This document shows positions 56,197-64,000 of a stretch of DNA of 64,000 nucleotides, piece by piece. This stretch comes from Candidatus Iainarchaeum sp. GTDB lineage: Archaea > Iainarchaeota > Iainarchaeia > Iainarchaeales > JAGVWC01. The stretch spans positions 127,211-191,210 of the forward strand of contig JAGVWC010000010.1 of assembly GCA_018304465.1 (NCBI GenBank), read 5' to 3'. Position 1 is the stretch's first letter. The number at the start of each line of letters is the position of its first letter. The position numbers and the translations under genes are program-made. The notes beneath the pieces are model-generated. The model was not told the DNA's origin. It did not search any database and worked only from the letters and a program-made list of their open reading frames with translations.

Positions 56197-57169
56197 GGTT
56201 CATCCTCCGCTGAAATTCATTCGGCCCGGGTCGCTCGTCCCGAATCTGCTCGCCTGTTAGTTTCAAGAAAACATCTTCAAGACTCGGCGTGTGAAGCTCG
56301 ATGTTTTCGATCACGACCCCGCTTTTTTCGGCCAAAGAAACGACTTTGGCAATCAACGTGCTTCCGTTTTGGACTTCGACCAAAACCGCACGGTCCAAAA
56401 TCCTTCCGTGCGAGCCGATTTTTTGTTTTTCAAGAATCGAAAGCATTTTTTTCGAATCCGAAGTCTTAAGCGAAAGCACCTGGCCGCCGATAAGGGATTT
56501 AAGTTTTTGCGGAGTATCCAACGCCACGATTTTTCCACGGTCGATAATCGCGATCCGGTCACATAACGCGTCCGCTTCTTCCAGATAATGGGTCGACAAC
56601 ACGATCGTGATCCGCTGTTCCCGCAGCTTTTCGATGTATTTCCACATGTGCCGCCGGGTCTGGGCGTCAAGACCCAACGTGGGTTCGTCCAAAAAAAGAA
56701 TCTGCGGCTGATGCATCAATCCCCGCGCGATTTCAAGTCTTCGCCGCATTCCCCCTGAAAACGTCTTCACCAATTTTTGTTCCCAGTCCGCCAACTCCAC
56801 CAACTGCAAGACTTCCTTTATTTTTTGTTTTCGATCTCCGGACGACATGCCGTACAACCGGCCGTGAATGTCCAGATTATCATACGCCGTCAAGCGGTTA
56901 TCCAATGTCTGGTCCTGAAAAACAATCCCGATGCTTTTACGCACTTTTTCCGAGTCCGTGATAATGTCAAACCCGTTAATAATCGCGGTTCCCGACGTCG
57001 GCGGAAGAATCGTCGTCAACATGAAATCCGTCGTGCTTTTTCCAGCGCCGTTAGGACCAAGAAAACCGAATAATTCCCCTTTTTTAACCGAAAAATTAAT
57101 GTGATCCACGGCCGTGAAATTCCCGAATTTTTTGGTCAAATCCTTGACCACAATCGCGTCATCCGTCAC
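56186..57169 (-). CDS. ABC transporter ATP-binding protein (with C-terminal extension)
   Basis: Walker A FLGPNGAGKSTT, signature FSGGMRRRLEIARGL, Walker B LFLDEPTLGLD. Confidence 0.9.
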   Translation of the reverse strand: MTDDAIVVKDLTKKFGNFTAVDHINFSVKKGELFGFLGPNGAGKSTTDFMLTTILPPTSGTAIINGFDIITDSEKVRKSIGIVFQDQTLDNRLTAYDNLDIHGRLYGMSSGDRKQKIKEVLQLVELADWEQKLVKTFSGGMRRRLEIARGLMHQPQILFLDEPTLGLDAQTRRHMWKYIEKLREQRITIVLSTHYLEEADALCDRIAIIDRGKIVALDTPQKLKSLIGGQVLSLKTSDSKKMLSILEKQKIGSHGRILDRAVLVEVQNGSTLIAKVVSLAEKSGVVIENIELHTPSLEDVFLKLTGEQIRDERPGPNEFQRRMNHGH

Positions 57170-57692
57170 GATTTTCCCTTCCGTTTTTTTCTTTTTTTTC
57201 CTGTAACGCCATTCGAATGTTGTCCCCGATAAACGGGTTTCGCGACATGTAAAGCGCCATTTCTTCCAATAAAGACGCCAACTGTTCCGTTTTTTCTTCC
57301 CCCAATTTTCCGAGGCTTACCACCAGCAAATCCTTCGCATCCACAAACGGAATTTTCTTGTTCAGTCTTTTGCCTTTCGGAGTCAAGGACAACGGAGCTC
57401 TTCGACGATCCGATGGATCCGCGTTCCGCTTCACCAAACCGCTTTTCTCAAGCGAATCCACCACTGGAATGAGAGTGGCAGACGCAAGCATCAAATGATG
57501 CCCCAGATCCGACAAGGTCATTTGATGATGCGAAAGAATCTGCACCACCACGGCGCCAAGCGGAGTAACGCCCAGTTTTCCGTCGTTTAAGCGCTTTTCA
57601 AAATCCCTGCGGGCCAGTTTGATTAAAACCGCCGAAAGCGCTTTGATGCGATACGCCTGATCCTCAAACGAACTGGAAGCCATACAAATCAA
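57159..57692 (-). CDS. MarR-family transcriptional regulator
   Basis: Winged HTH MTLSDLGHHLMLASATLIPVVDSLEKSGLVKRNADPSDRRR; first gene of the ABC-2 operon. Confidence 0.75.
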   Translation of the reverse strand: MICMASSSFEDQAYRIKALSAVLIKLARRDFEKRLNDGKLGVTPLGAVVVQILSHHQMTLSDLGHHLMLASATLIPVVDSLEKSGLVKRNADPSDRRRAPLSLTPKGKRLNKKIPFVDAKDLLVVSLGKLGEEKTEQLASLLEEMALYMSRNPFIGDNIRMALQEKKEKNGRENRDG

Positions 57693-57755
57693 ATGATTAG
57701 GATACTAATCATTAGGCACCAAACACTATTAAAATCCCTCTTCGAAACGAAAAAA

Positions 57756-58364
57756 CTATTCAAAAACTTCTTTTTTCAGAATAATTTTGTTAGTCAAGCC
57801 GTATTTGTGTTTTTCGAGCACACCTTTCGCTGCCAACTTGTTCACCGTACGATGAATTTGAACCTTAGATAACCCAGTATCCTTCGCCAGACGCGATTGG
57901 GTTGATTCAAACCCGGATTGCTTTAGCGTCTGGATAACAGACCGTTCATCCGGAAGTAGAAGATTATCGGTTGTTTCTTCCCTAATTTTTTTGATTTCTT
58001 TTTCCCTTGTGATTTTCCAAATCGTCAAACCCGCGGCAAACGCAACAATTCCTCCGATTAACTGGAAAAGGGGAGAAGGAGAAAAGATTTCAACATCCAG
58101 ATCACGCGGCGGTCTAAAGCCCGCGGAAATTCCGATTTGAATCAGCCGGTTCGCGTCACTGTTCAGGTCACGAACAAACATCGTTGGCCGAAAATCGGAA
58201 CGCCAAACCGAACGAGAAACATGATCCGCGAACAAAAATAAGGAATATCCTGAAAAAAGAAAACACGCCAGCATAACCAGTACATACGTTTTCTGCCAAG
58301 ACCAGAGCGTTTTCGGCACAGTCATATTACAATTAGTTTCATGAACATAATAAAAAGGTTTCAA
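57756..58364 (-). CDS. Membrane-anchored winged-helix regulator (2 TM + C-terminal HTH)
   Basis: TM helices VLVMLACFLFSGYSLFLF and LIGGIVAFAAGLTIW; C-terminal HTH LSKVQIHRTVNKLAAKGVLEK. Divergent from the second MacB/FtsX locus. Confidence 0.5.
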   Translation of the reverse strand: MKPFYYVHETNCNMTVPKTLWSWQKTYVLVMLACFLFSGYSLFLFADHVSRSVWRSDFRPTMFVRDLNSDANRLIQIGISAGFRPPRDLDVEIFSPSPLFQLIGGIVAFAAGLTIWKITREKEIKKIREETTDNLLLPDERSVIQTLKQSGFESTQSRLAKDTGLSKVQIHRTVNKLAAKGVLEKHKYGLTNKIILKKEVFE

Positions 58365-58431
58365 GTCGTTTCAAACAGAGTTAATAATGGTTTCATCGCA
58401 TTCTTTTCGAAACCAAATGGACACCGAAAAT

Positions 58432-59142
58432 ATGACCCGCTGTATCTTGCAACTTGAAAAAGTATCTAAAACATACCAAATGGACGAAGTCCAAGTCCAA
58501 GCCCTAAAAAAAATAGATTTAACTGTCAACGAAGGAGAGTTCGTCGCGATTATCGGCGCGTCCGGATCCGGAAAATCCACTTTACTCAACATGATCGGAA
58601 TACTCGATTCCCCGACCTCAGGAACGATCCGAATCGACGGAAGAGATATTACTCATTTGGACGAATCTCATGTCGCCCGCATCCGAGGAAAAAAAATTGG
58701 ATTCGTATTCCAGGCATTCAACTTGTCTCCCACCCTTAACGTATTCGAAAACATCGCGCTTCCGATGCGCATACACGAGTTTTCCGAACAAGACATTCGC
58801 CAAAAAGTAAACCAATTGATTCAACTCGTCGGATTGGATTCGCGAAAAAACCATCTCCCCACCCAATTGTCCGGCGGAGAACGCCAACGCGTCGCCATTG
58901 CCCGTGCATTGTCCACGGAACCAGCACTTGTTTTAGCGGACGAACCCACAGGAAACCTAGACACCAAAACAAGCAAGGAAATCATCGCATTATTTGAAAC
59001 CTTAAACCAAAGCCAAGGAAAAACAATCGTTCTTGTAACTCATGAACCCAACATTGCCCAACACTGCCACCGCATCGTGACCGTCAGGGACGGAACAATT
59101 ATTTCAGACAAAACCAATCGACAAAGGAGGAAAACAAAATGA
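58432..59142 (+). CDS. ABC transporter ATP-binding protein (MacB/LolD-like), paralog of 32623..33345
   Basis: Walker A IIGASGSGKSTLL, LSGGERQRVAIARAL, LADEPTGNLD. The track ORF starts at 58387; the ATG at 58432 matches the paralog's N-terminal length. Confidence 0.85.
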   Translation: MTRCILQLEKVSKTYQMDEVQVQALKKIDLTVNEGEFVAIIGASGSGKSTLLNMIGILDSPTSGTIRIDGRDITHLDESHVARIRGKKIGFVFQAFNLSPTLNVFENIALPMRIHEFSEQDIRQKVNQLIQLVGLDSRKNHLPTQLSGGERQRVAIARALSTEPALVLADEPTGNLDTKTSKEIIALFETLNQSQGKTIVLVTHEPNIAQHCHRIVTVRDGTIISDKTNRQRRKTK

Positions 59143-60608
59143 ATCAAACAAAACTATTCCTGGTCCTGGGAACACTGTACCTGCTTGTAGCCGTGTTTCC
59201 AACCGTCATCGCACAAAGCACCGCGCGAGACGTCGTTTACCTGGGCAACGTGACCGGAACAAGTTTTCTTCCGTCCACGATTTACGCAGGGGACATTGTC
59301 AGCATCGCCGTCAACATCCAAAACCGCGGACTTGTCGTTTCAATCCGAGATCTAAACGCAAGCATCGGAATCGGAAACCAATTCGAGCCCATTCAACTCG
59401 TTGACACGGCCCAAGAAATCCAACCGCAAGCCACTCAAACCGTGGTATTCAAATTCCGAGTCAAACCCGAGACTGTTCCCGGATACTACCCTATTCAACT
59501 CAATCTCGCTTACCATCGAAACGACCAAAGCGATCAAACCACGACTCAAACCCAAACACTCCAAGTTCCGGTTTCAAAAACCGGAAAAAACATCGAAATT
59601 AGCGTGCAACCCAGCGTCATAAACCCCGCAAGCCAAACCCAACTCAATTTTTACATCAAAAATGCCGGAAGCACACCCATTTCAAATATTTCCCTTGCAT
59701 GGACCGAAGCAAACAGTTTGATTCTACCCATCGGAACGGACAATATCAAATACCTCGAGATGCTAGACAGCCAAGCAACCGAAACGATTTCATTCCTGGT
59801 GACCGCCGACCCCAACATCACCACCGGCGTCTACCCGCTTGAAATCACGCTCACCTACACTGACACCAATGGAACCAAAACCCAAACATCCCAAGTAGGC
59901 ATTATCATCGGAGGCGGAACCGACTTCGAAGTCAGTGCCGACACACTCTCCAGCGGAACGCTTTCAGTAAGCGTCGCCAATATCGGAAGCAATAATGCCA
60001 GCGCCGTGGTCGTCAAAATTCCGCATCAACCCAATATTTTCGTAAGCGGAAGCAATACTTCAATCCTCGGAAACCTCAACAAAGGAGACTACACCATCGC
60101 GAATTTTACGGTTTCCACCACCGGACTCGATCAAAACCGGGCCAGTAGCAGAGTCCAAACAAGCGGCCAACCCATCATCCGAACGGGACAAACGAATTCC
60201 GTGGAACCAACTCGTGTCCGAGATTTGAACGCAAACCAAAGGCAAATCATAATCCAAATCGATTACACCGACACGACAGGCACCCGCCAAACCGTTGAAA
60301 AAACCGTGCTTTTGTTCCAAACAACGACCAGTGGAACCGGCGACATCCAAATCCAACGTCAAAACCCCCTTGGACTGATATCATGGGCGATAGCGATTAT
60401 TTTGGCCGGCGGCACCTTGGTGTTCTGGAGATTTAAAGCATCCCAAATCCCCTTCCAAAAACTCATTGTCCCGCTCGGCATCATCACCCTCATGTTTTTG
60501 GTCATCATCTTCGGGTTTAACGCCAGCGTGGAATACAGTATCGGAGCCGGAGCAGTTTCCCTTGCCGGACTCGCCTGGTTCTTTAACAAAAACCGGGGAA
60601 AACCATGA
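59139..60608 (+). CDS. Extracellular beta-rich (CARDB/DUF11-like) protein with signal peptide and C-terminal TM anchor, paralogous in architecture to 33342..34565
   Basis: Signal peptide LFLVLGTLYLLVAVFPTVIA; Thr/Gln-rich Ig-like repeats; C-terminal TM segments. Confidence 0.55.
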   Translation: MNQTKLFLVLGTLYLLVAVFPTVIAQSTARDVVYLGNVTGTSFLPSTIYAGDIVSIAVNIQNRGLVVSIRDLNASIGIGNQFEPIQLVDTAQEIQPQATQTVVFKFRVKPETVPGYYPIQLNLAYHRNDQSDQTTTQTQTLQVPVSKTGKNIEISVQPSVINPASQTQLNFYIKNAGSTPISNISLAWTEANSLILPIGTDNIKYLEMLDSQATETISFLVTADPNITTGVYPLEITLTYTDTNGTKTQTSQVGIIIGGGTDFEVSADTLSSGTLSVSVANIGSNNASAVVVKIPHQPNIFVSGSNTSILGNLNKGDYTIANFTVSTTGLDQNRASSRVQTSGQPIIRTGQTNSVEPTRVRDLNANQRQIIIQIDYTDTTGTRQTVEKTVLLFQTTTSGTGDIQIQRQNPLGLISWAIAIILAGGTLVFWRFKASQIPFQKLIVPLGIITLMFLVIIFGFNASVEYSIGAGAVSLAGLAWFFNKNRGKP

Positions 60609-61903
60609 AACTGCGAGACTCTTTCAAGCTTTCGGTCAACAGCATTCTGCATCGAAAACTCAGATCCTGGCTCACGTTGCTCGGGATCATCATCGGAGTC
60701 GCGGCCGTGGTTTCGATTGTTTCAATTGGAGACGGCGCTCAAGCCCAAGTCAATGAACGACTCTCCGGATTCGGCGCTGACATTCTGACGGTAAGCGCAG
60801 GATCCACCCGAACCCAAGGATTCGGAGGAATTGTCCGCGGCGGAGGACCTGGAAGTGGAGGCGAAATCATCATCCGATCGAGAACGGAGACCGGAAGCCA
60901 AACCGAAAAGGAACCAGTTCTTACCCTTGTTGATGTTCGAATGCTCCGGGGAAATTCCAACGTTCTTGCCGTCAACCCGATTGTTTCCGGCCGAGAAGAA
61001 CTCGCTTTCCTAGCCGAAAAAACAAACACCAGCATCCAAGGCGTTAACCCCAACGCGTGGAAAACCACCTCCAATATTGAACTTGCTTCCGGACGGCTAC
61101 TTACTTCAAGCGATTCGAGCGCGATCGTTATCAGCGACCGACTCGCAAATTCCACTTTCAAACAACCGTTAACGCTCGGACGCACCGTGACCATCAACGA
61201 AAAATCGTTCACGATCGTGGGAATACTCAAAGCCACCAGCAGCGGAAGCGCATTCGGAGGCAGCGGAGACTCGACCGCATACATGAATTACACCAGCGCA
61301 TGGGACGTTACCGATGTCAACCGGGATACGTTTTCCTCCATCCAAGTAAAAGTATCCGATCCAAACCAAATCGATCAAATTGTCGCTGAACTCACTCAAA
61401 CCCTCCAGTTATCCCGCAAAGTCACGGAGCGAAACCAAGATTTTAGCATCACCTCCGCCAAAGCGATCCAAGAACAAATCTCAAGCGTTACCCAAACCCT
61501 AACATTATTTCTGGGCGCGATTGCCATGGTTTCTTTATTAGTTGGCGCGATTGGAATCGCCAACAGTATGTTCACGTCCGTACTCGAAAAAACCAGGGAA
61601 ATCGGGATCATGAAAGCACTGGGCGCCACCAACAATGAAATCTTACGCCTGTTTTTAATCGAGTCAGGATTATTCGGCTTCGTTGGCGGTACCATCGGCG
61701 CCATCGTGGGGACAATCGTTTCGCTTGGATTCAATATGCTTGGCGCACGATTACTTGGGATGGGAACCACGGTCACAATGATCACGCCGCAATTAATCTT
61801 TGCAGCAATTGTGTTATCCACTTTCATCGGAGTCGTTTCCGGCCTCATGCCTGCGCGAGCGGCTTCAAAATTAAGACCGATCGAAGCACTTCGATACGAA
61901 TAA
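60605..61903 (+). CDS. ABC transporter permease, FtsX/MacB-like with extracytoplasmic domain, paralog of 34587..35798
   Basis: Same architecture as the paralog and the same C-terminal ...PIEALRYE ending. Confidence 0.85.
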   Translation: MKLRDSFKLSVNSILHRKLRSWLTLLGIIIGVAAVVSIVSIGDGAQAQVNERLSGFGADILTVSAGSTRTQGFGGIVRGGGPGSGGEIIIRSRTETGSQTEKEPVLTLVDVRMLRGNSNVLAVNPIVSGREELAFLAEKTNTSIQGVNPNAWKTTSNIELASGRLLTSSDSSAIVISDRLANSTFKQPLTLGRTVTINEKSFTIVGILKATSSGSAFGGSGDSTAYMNYTSAWDVTDVNRDTFSSIQVKVSDPNQIDQIVAELTQTLQLSRKVTERNQDFSITSAKAIQEQISSVTQTLTLFLGAIAMVSLLVGAIGIANSMFTSVLEKTREIGIMKALGATNNEILRLFLIESGLFGFVGGTIGAIVGTIVSLGFNMLGARLLGMGTTVTMITPQLIFAAIVLSTFIGVVSGLMPARAASKLRPIEALRYE

Positions 61904-61965
61904 ATCGAAGCGACCGGTAAACCAATAGCTTTATATTCGGTTAAACGTTATTATTTTCGATTAAA

Positions 61966-62316
61966 ATGGGCCGAAGAACACTTGCAGTCGGGAAACAAAT
62001 CAGTCGACGCGTACCGTTTGGAAGAGCGCCGGCAACACCAAAGCCTTCAAAAGGAAAACTAATTTCAGAAAACAGCGGGGTAAAAACCAATATCCCGTCC
62101 CAAGTGACCAGGGAAATCAACGCATTGTATGCCAGTTCCGGAAAATGGTCCCATCCGGCGTCAATTGTCGCGGACCGACTCATTGCGATCTGCGTCACTC
62201 ACGGCGTTCCGCTTGAAACAATCAAAACGCATTTTCTCCGGCGCGTCAGCGATGCCGCGGTCCTCACTGCGCTCACCAAAAGAATCCAAGCGCTTGAACG
62301 AACCAAAAAGAAATGA
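61966..62316 (+). CDS. Hypothetical protein
   Basis: 116-aa ORF, no motif recognised. Confidence 0.3.
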   Translation: MGRRTLAVGKQISRRVPFGRAPATPKPSKGKLISENSGVKTNIPSQVTREINALYASSGKWSHPASIVADRLIAICVTHGVPLETIKTHFLRRVSDAAVLTALTKRIQALERTKKK

Positions 62317-62560
62317 AATTTCCCCTTTCATTTCGATCCCCCCACCCCGACGAATTGCACTTCAAATTTTTCACTCCCCGCAAACGATGCGCCTTAGCGT
62401 TTAACCACGGGCATTTTGATCATTGAATCATTATTTTCGCTGCCGCCGGCAAAAAAATAAAGAAAACACAAAAAAAAAGCAGCGGACACGGAGCGGCAAA
62501 AGCAAACCGGTTTTTGTAAACCCAAACCTTTTTATTCTACCACTTCCGAATAAAATTGAA

Positions 62561-63406
62561 ATGAATCGGGAAACTATCTTTTTCGCGTTGATTTTTTCAG
62601 CTGCCTTGCTTTTTGGTTGCGTTACCCTCAATGACGGGTTTCCAAGGAGCGGGTTTGGCGACTTAAACGCGCCTCCGATGTACATTGACCCCGTCATGTT
62701 CGATCCCAACCGCGATCCCCAGTTGAACGCGCCGAATCCAAACCTCGGTGGCCTCCCAAGCTGCGATACGATCATGAGCGCGCAAGACCGCGAAGTATGC
62801 TACAGAAATTACGCCAAAGAACACAACCAACCCGAATTATGCGAACAATTATGGGAACAATACAACGACTGTTACACCGGCATGGCGTTTTCCACGTACG
62901 ACCGAAAATACTGCGACAAAATCAAGTACAATCAGGATTACAAGGACATGTGCTATCTGGGAATGGCCAAGCACGCCAAAGACCTTTCCCTGTGTGCCAG
63001 TATCCAGACGCCGTCCATCAAACAACAATGCGGAAACGACAATACGCCACCCGAAATTCCAACCGACGCGAATCCAAATCCCACCTTACCGGCTTCGGAT
63101 CAATGCAGTGTCCTAAGCGATTCCCTGCTCCATGACATGTGCTATGTTGGAATGGCCAGCGATACCAAAAACCCGTTGCTATGCGAAAAAATCTTCTTAT
63201 CCGAAAACAAAGACACCTGCTACGGCGCAATCGCATCCGCAAAACAAAACGCCTCCTACTGCACATATGTTCAAAATTTACAAAAAAGACCGTACTGTTA
63301 TACCCAAGTTGCCATTGAAACCAACGACCCCGGCGTCTGTAACGGGATTCAAGGATATCCGGACATGATCGACCTCTGCAAAGACGCTGTCGCACAAAAC
63401 CAATAA
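62561..63406 (+). CDS. Secreted (lipoprotein-like) protein built of ~20-aa C-Y-x(n)-C cysteine-pair repeats
   Basis: Signal MNRETIFFALIFSAALLFGCVT with lipobox-like LFGC; repeats EVCYRNYAKEHNQPELC, DMCYLGMAKHAKDLSLC, DMCYVGMASDTKNPLLC, DTCYGAIASAKQNASYC, PYCYTQVAIETNDPGVC. Confidence 0.5.
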   Translation: MNRETIFFALIFSAALLFGCVTLNDGFPRSGFGDLNAPPMYIDPVMFDPNRDPQLNAPNPNLGGLPSCDTIMSAQDREVCYRNYAKEHNQPELCEQLWEQYNDCYTGMAFSTYDRKYCDKIKYNQDYKDMCYLGMAKHAKDLSLCASIQTPSIKQQCGNDNTPPEIPTDANPNPTLPASDQCSVLSDSLLHDMCYVGMASDTKNPLLCEKIFLSENKDTCYGAIASAKQNASYCTYVQNLQKRPYCYTQVAIETNDPGVCNGIQGYPDMIDLCKDAVAQNQ

Positions 63407-63794
63407 AAAAGTTAAGAAGCACGCCACTAGTGCATCAGACTGATTTCAGTAAAAAAAAATGAAACAAGTAAAAACCGATTAATCAGGACACGCCCTACAG
63501 AAACGAGTATAGACTATCTGTTTTTCGTCAATCCTAGTCTTTCTCGGTTTCTTCGGTCGTGGTTATTTTTGAGACTGTACGCCCATCCGAATCTTTTTCC
63601 GTAGTGGTTTCTTTTCTTGTCAGCTTGTGTTTTCCGAATTCGGTTTCACTACTGGTTTCGGCCGTTTCTCTCGTCGTCCACGTTTTTCTTCCGAAAATAG
63701 TTCCAAGGAATCCCATGCCATCACTTCCGAAATATTTATGCACGCGAGGGTTTAACCACAGATGTTTAGACCCCGTTTGAAAACACTAAATAAG

Positions 63795-63830
63795 TCATAT
63801 AATGATATATTTTATATTATCGAGATATAC
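63795..63830 (+). promoter_or_regulatory. AT-rich archaeal-type promoter candidate (TATA-like TTTTATATT) upstream of the small ORF starting at 63877
   Basis: ATATAATGATATATTTTATATTATCG in a 100-bp AT-rich intergenic stretch. Confidence 0.3.
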
Positions 63831-63876
63831 GGTGTGTTATTATAGTGTTCCGCATACAATACTACTGGATAAAGGT

Positions 63877-64000
63877 ATGGCAGCAGAATTATTCGTCGGA
63901 CCGGCATTGACTCTTCTTTCCGTCGCCTTATTGATCATCGTGGCGTGGAAACTTGGAAAAGGACTGGTTTTGCTGTTAATCAACAGCGTCGTGGGAATGA
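63877..64000 (+). CDS. Small hydrophobic protein, partial (continues beyond the window)
   Basis: MAAELFVGPALTLLSVALLIIVAWKLGKGLVLLLINSVVGM... with no stop before the window end. Confidence 0.25.
   Translation, partial: MAAELFVGPALTLLSVALLIIVAWKLGKGLVLLLINSVVGM

Noticed and set aside
1-64000. CRISPR arrays, rRNA genes, IS elements / transposases, integrases
   Set aside because: No regularly spaced direct repeats, rRNA-like segments or transposase/integrase motifs were seen on either strand. The only mobile-element-like gene is the LAGLIDADG endonuclease.

Overview
This 64-kb window looks archaeal. Evidence: a class-II archaeal/eukaryal-type ProRS ending in C-terminal Tyr, an ATP-dependent DNA ligase with the KYDGxR motif, a family-B DNA polymerase, an intron-containing tRNA, FlaI/FlaJ-like secretion genes and a form-III RuBisCO. 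A small-genome DPANN-like lineage is my inference only. The window is gene-dense (about 75 genes) and mostly housekeeping: cysS, proS, ligase, PolB, an Nth-like glycosylase, a PLP decarboxylase, RibL-like FAD synthase, Nudix, HAD and GNAT genes. It also carries several transporter loci (ABC-2 exporters, two paralogous MacB/FtsX-type loci, CaCA, Kef-RCK, EamA), a two-subunit [NiFe]-hydrogenase with HycI and HypC, and three tRNAs: two tRNA-Pro immediately upstream of proS (one with a ~45-nt intron) and one tRNA-Leu. Accessory content includes a free-standing LAGLIDADG homing endonuclease beside tRNA-Leu, a SET-domain protein, a ~946-aa cysteine-rich-repeat/beta-helix surface protein, a PIN-domain two-gene cassette, a tandem pair of paralogous basic-tailed proteins of unknown family, and an island of small uncharacterised genes at about 39.3-42.7 kb. 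I found no CRISPR array, rRNA or transposase. All calls come from reading the ORF translations and the DNA by eye; no database searches were run.
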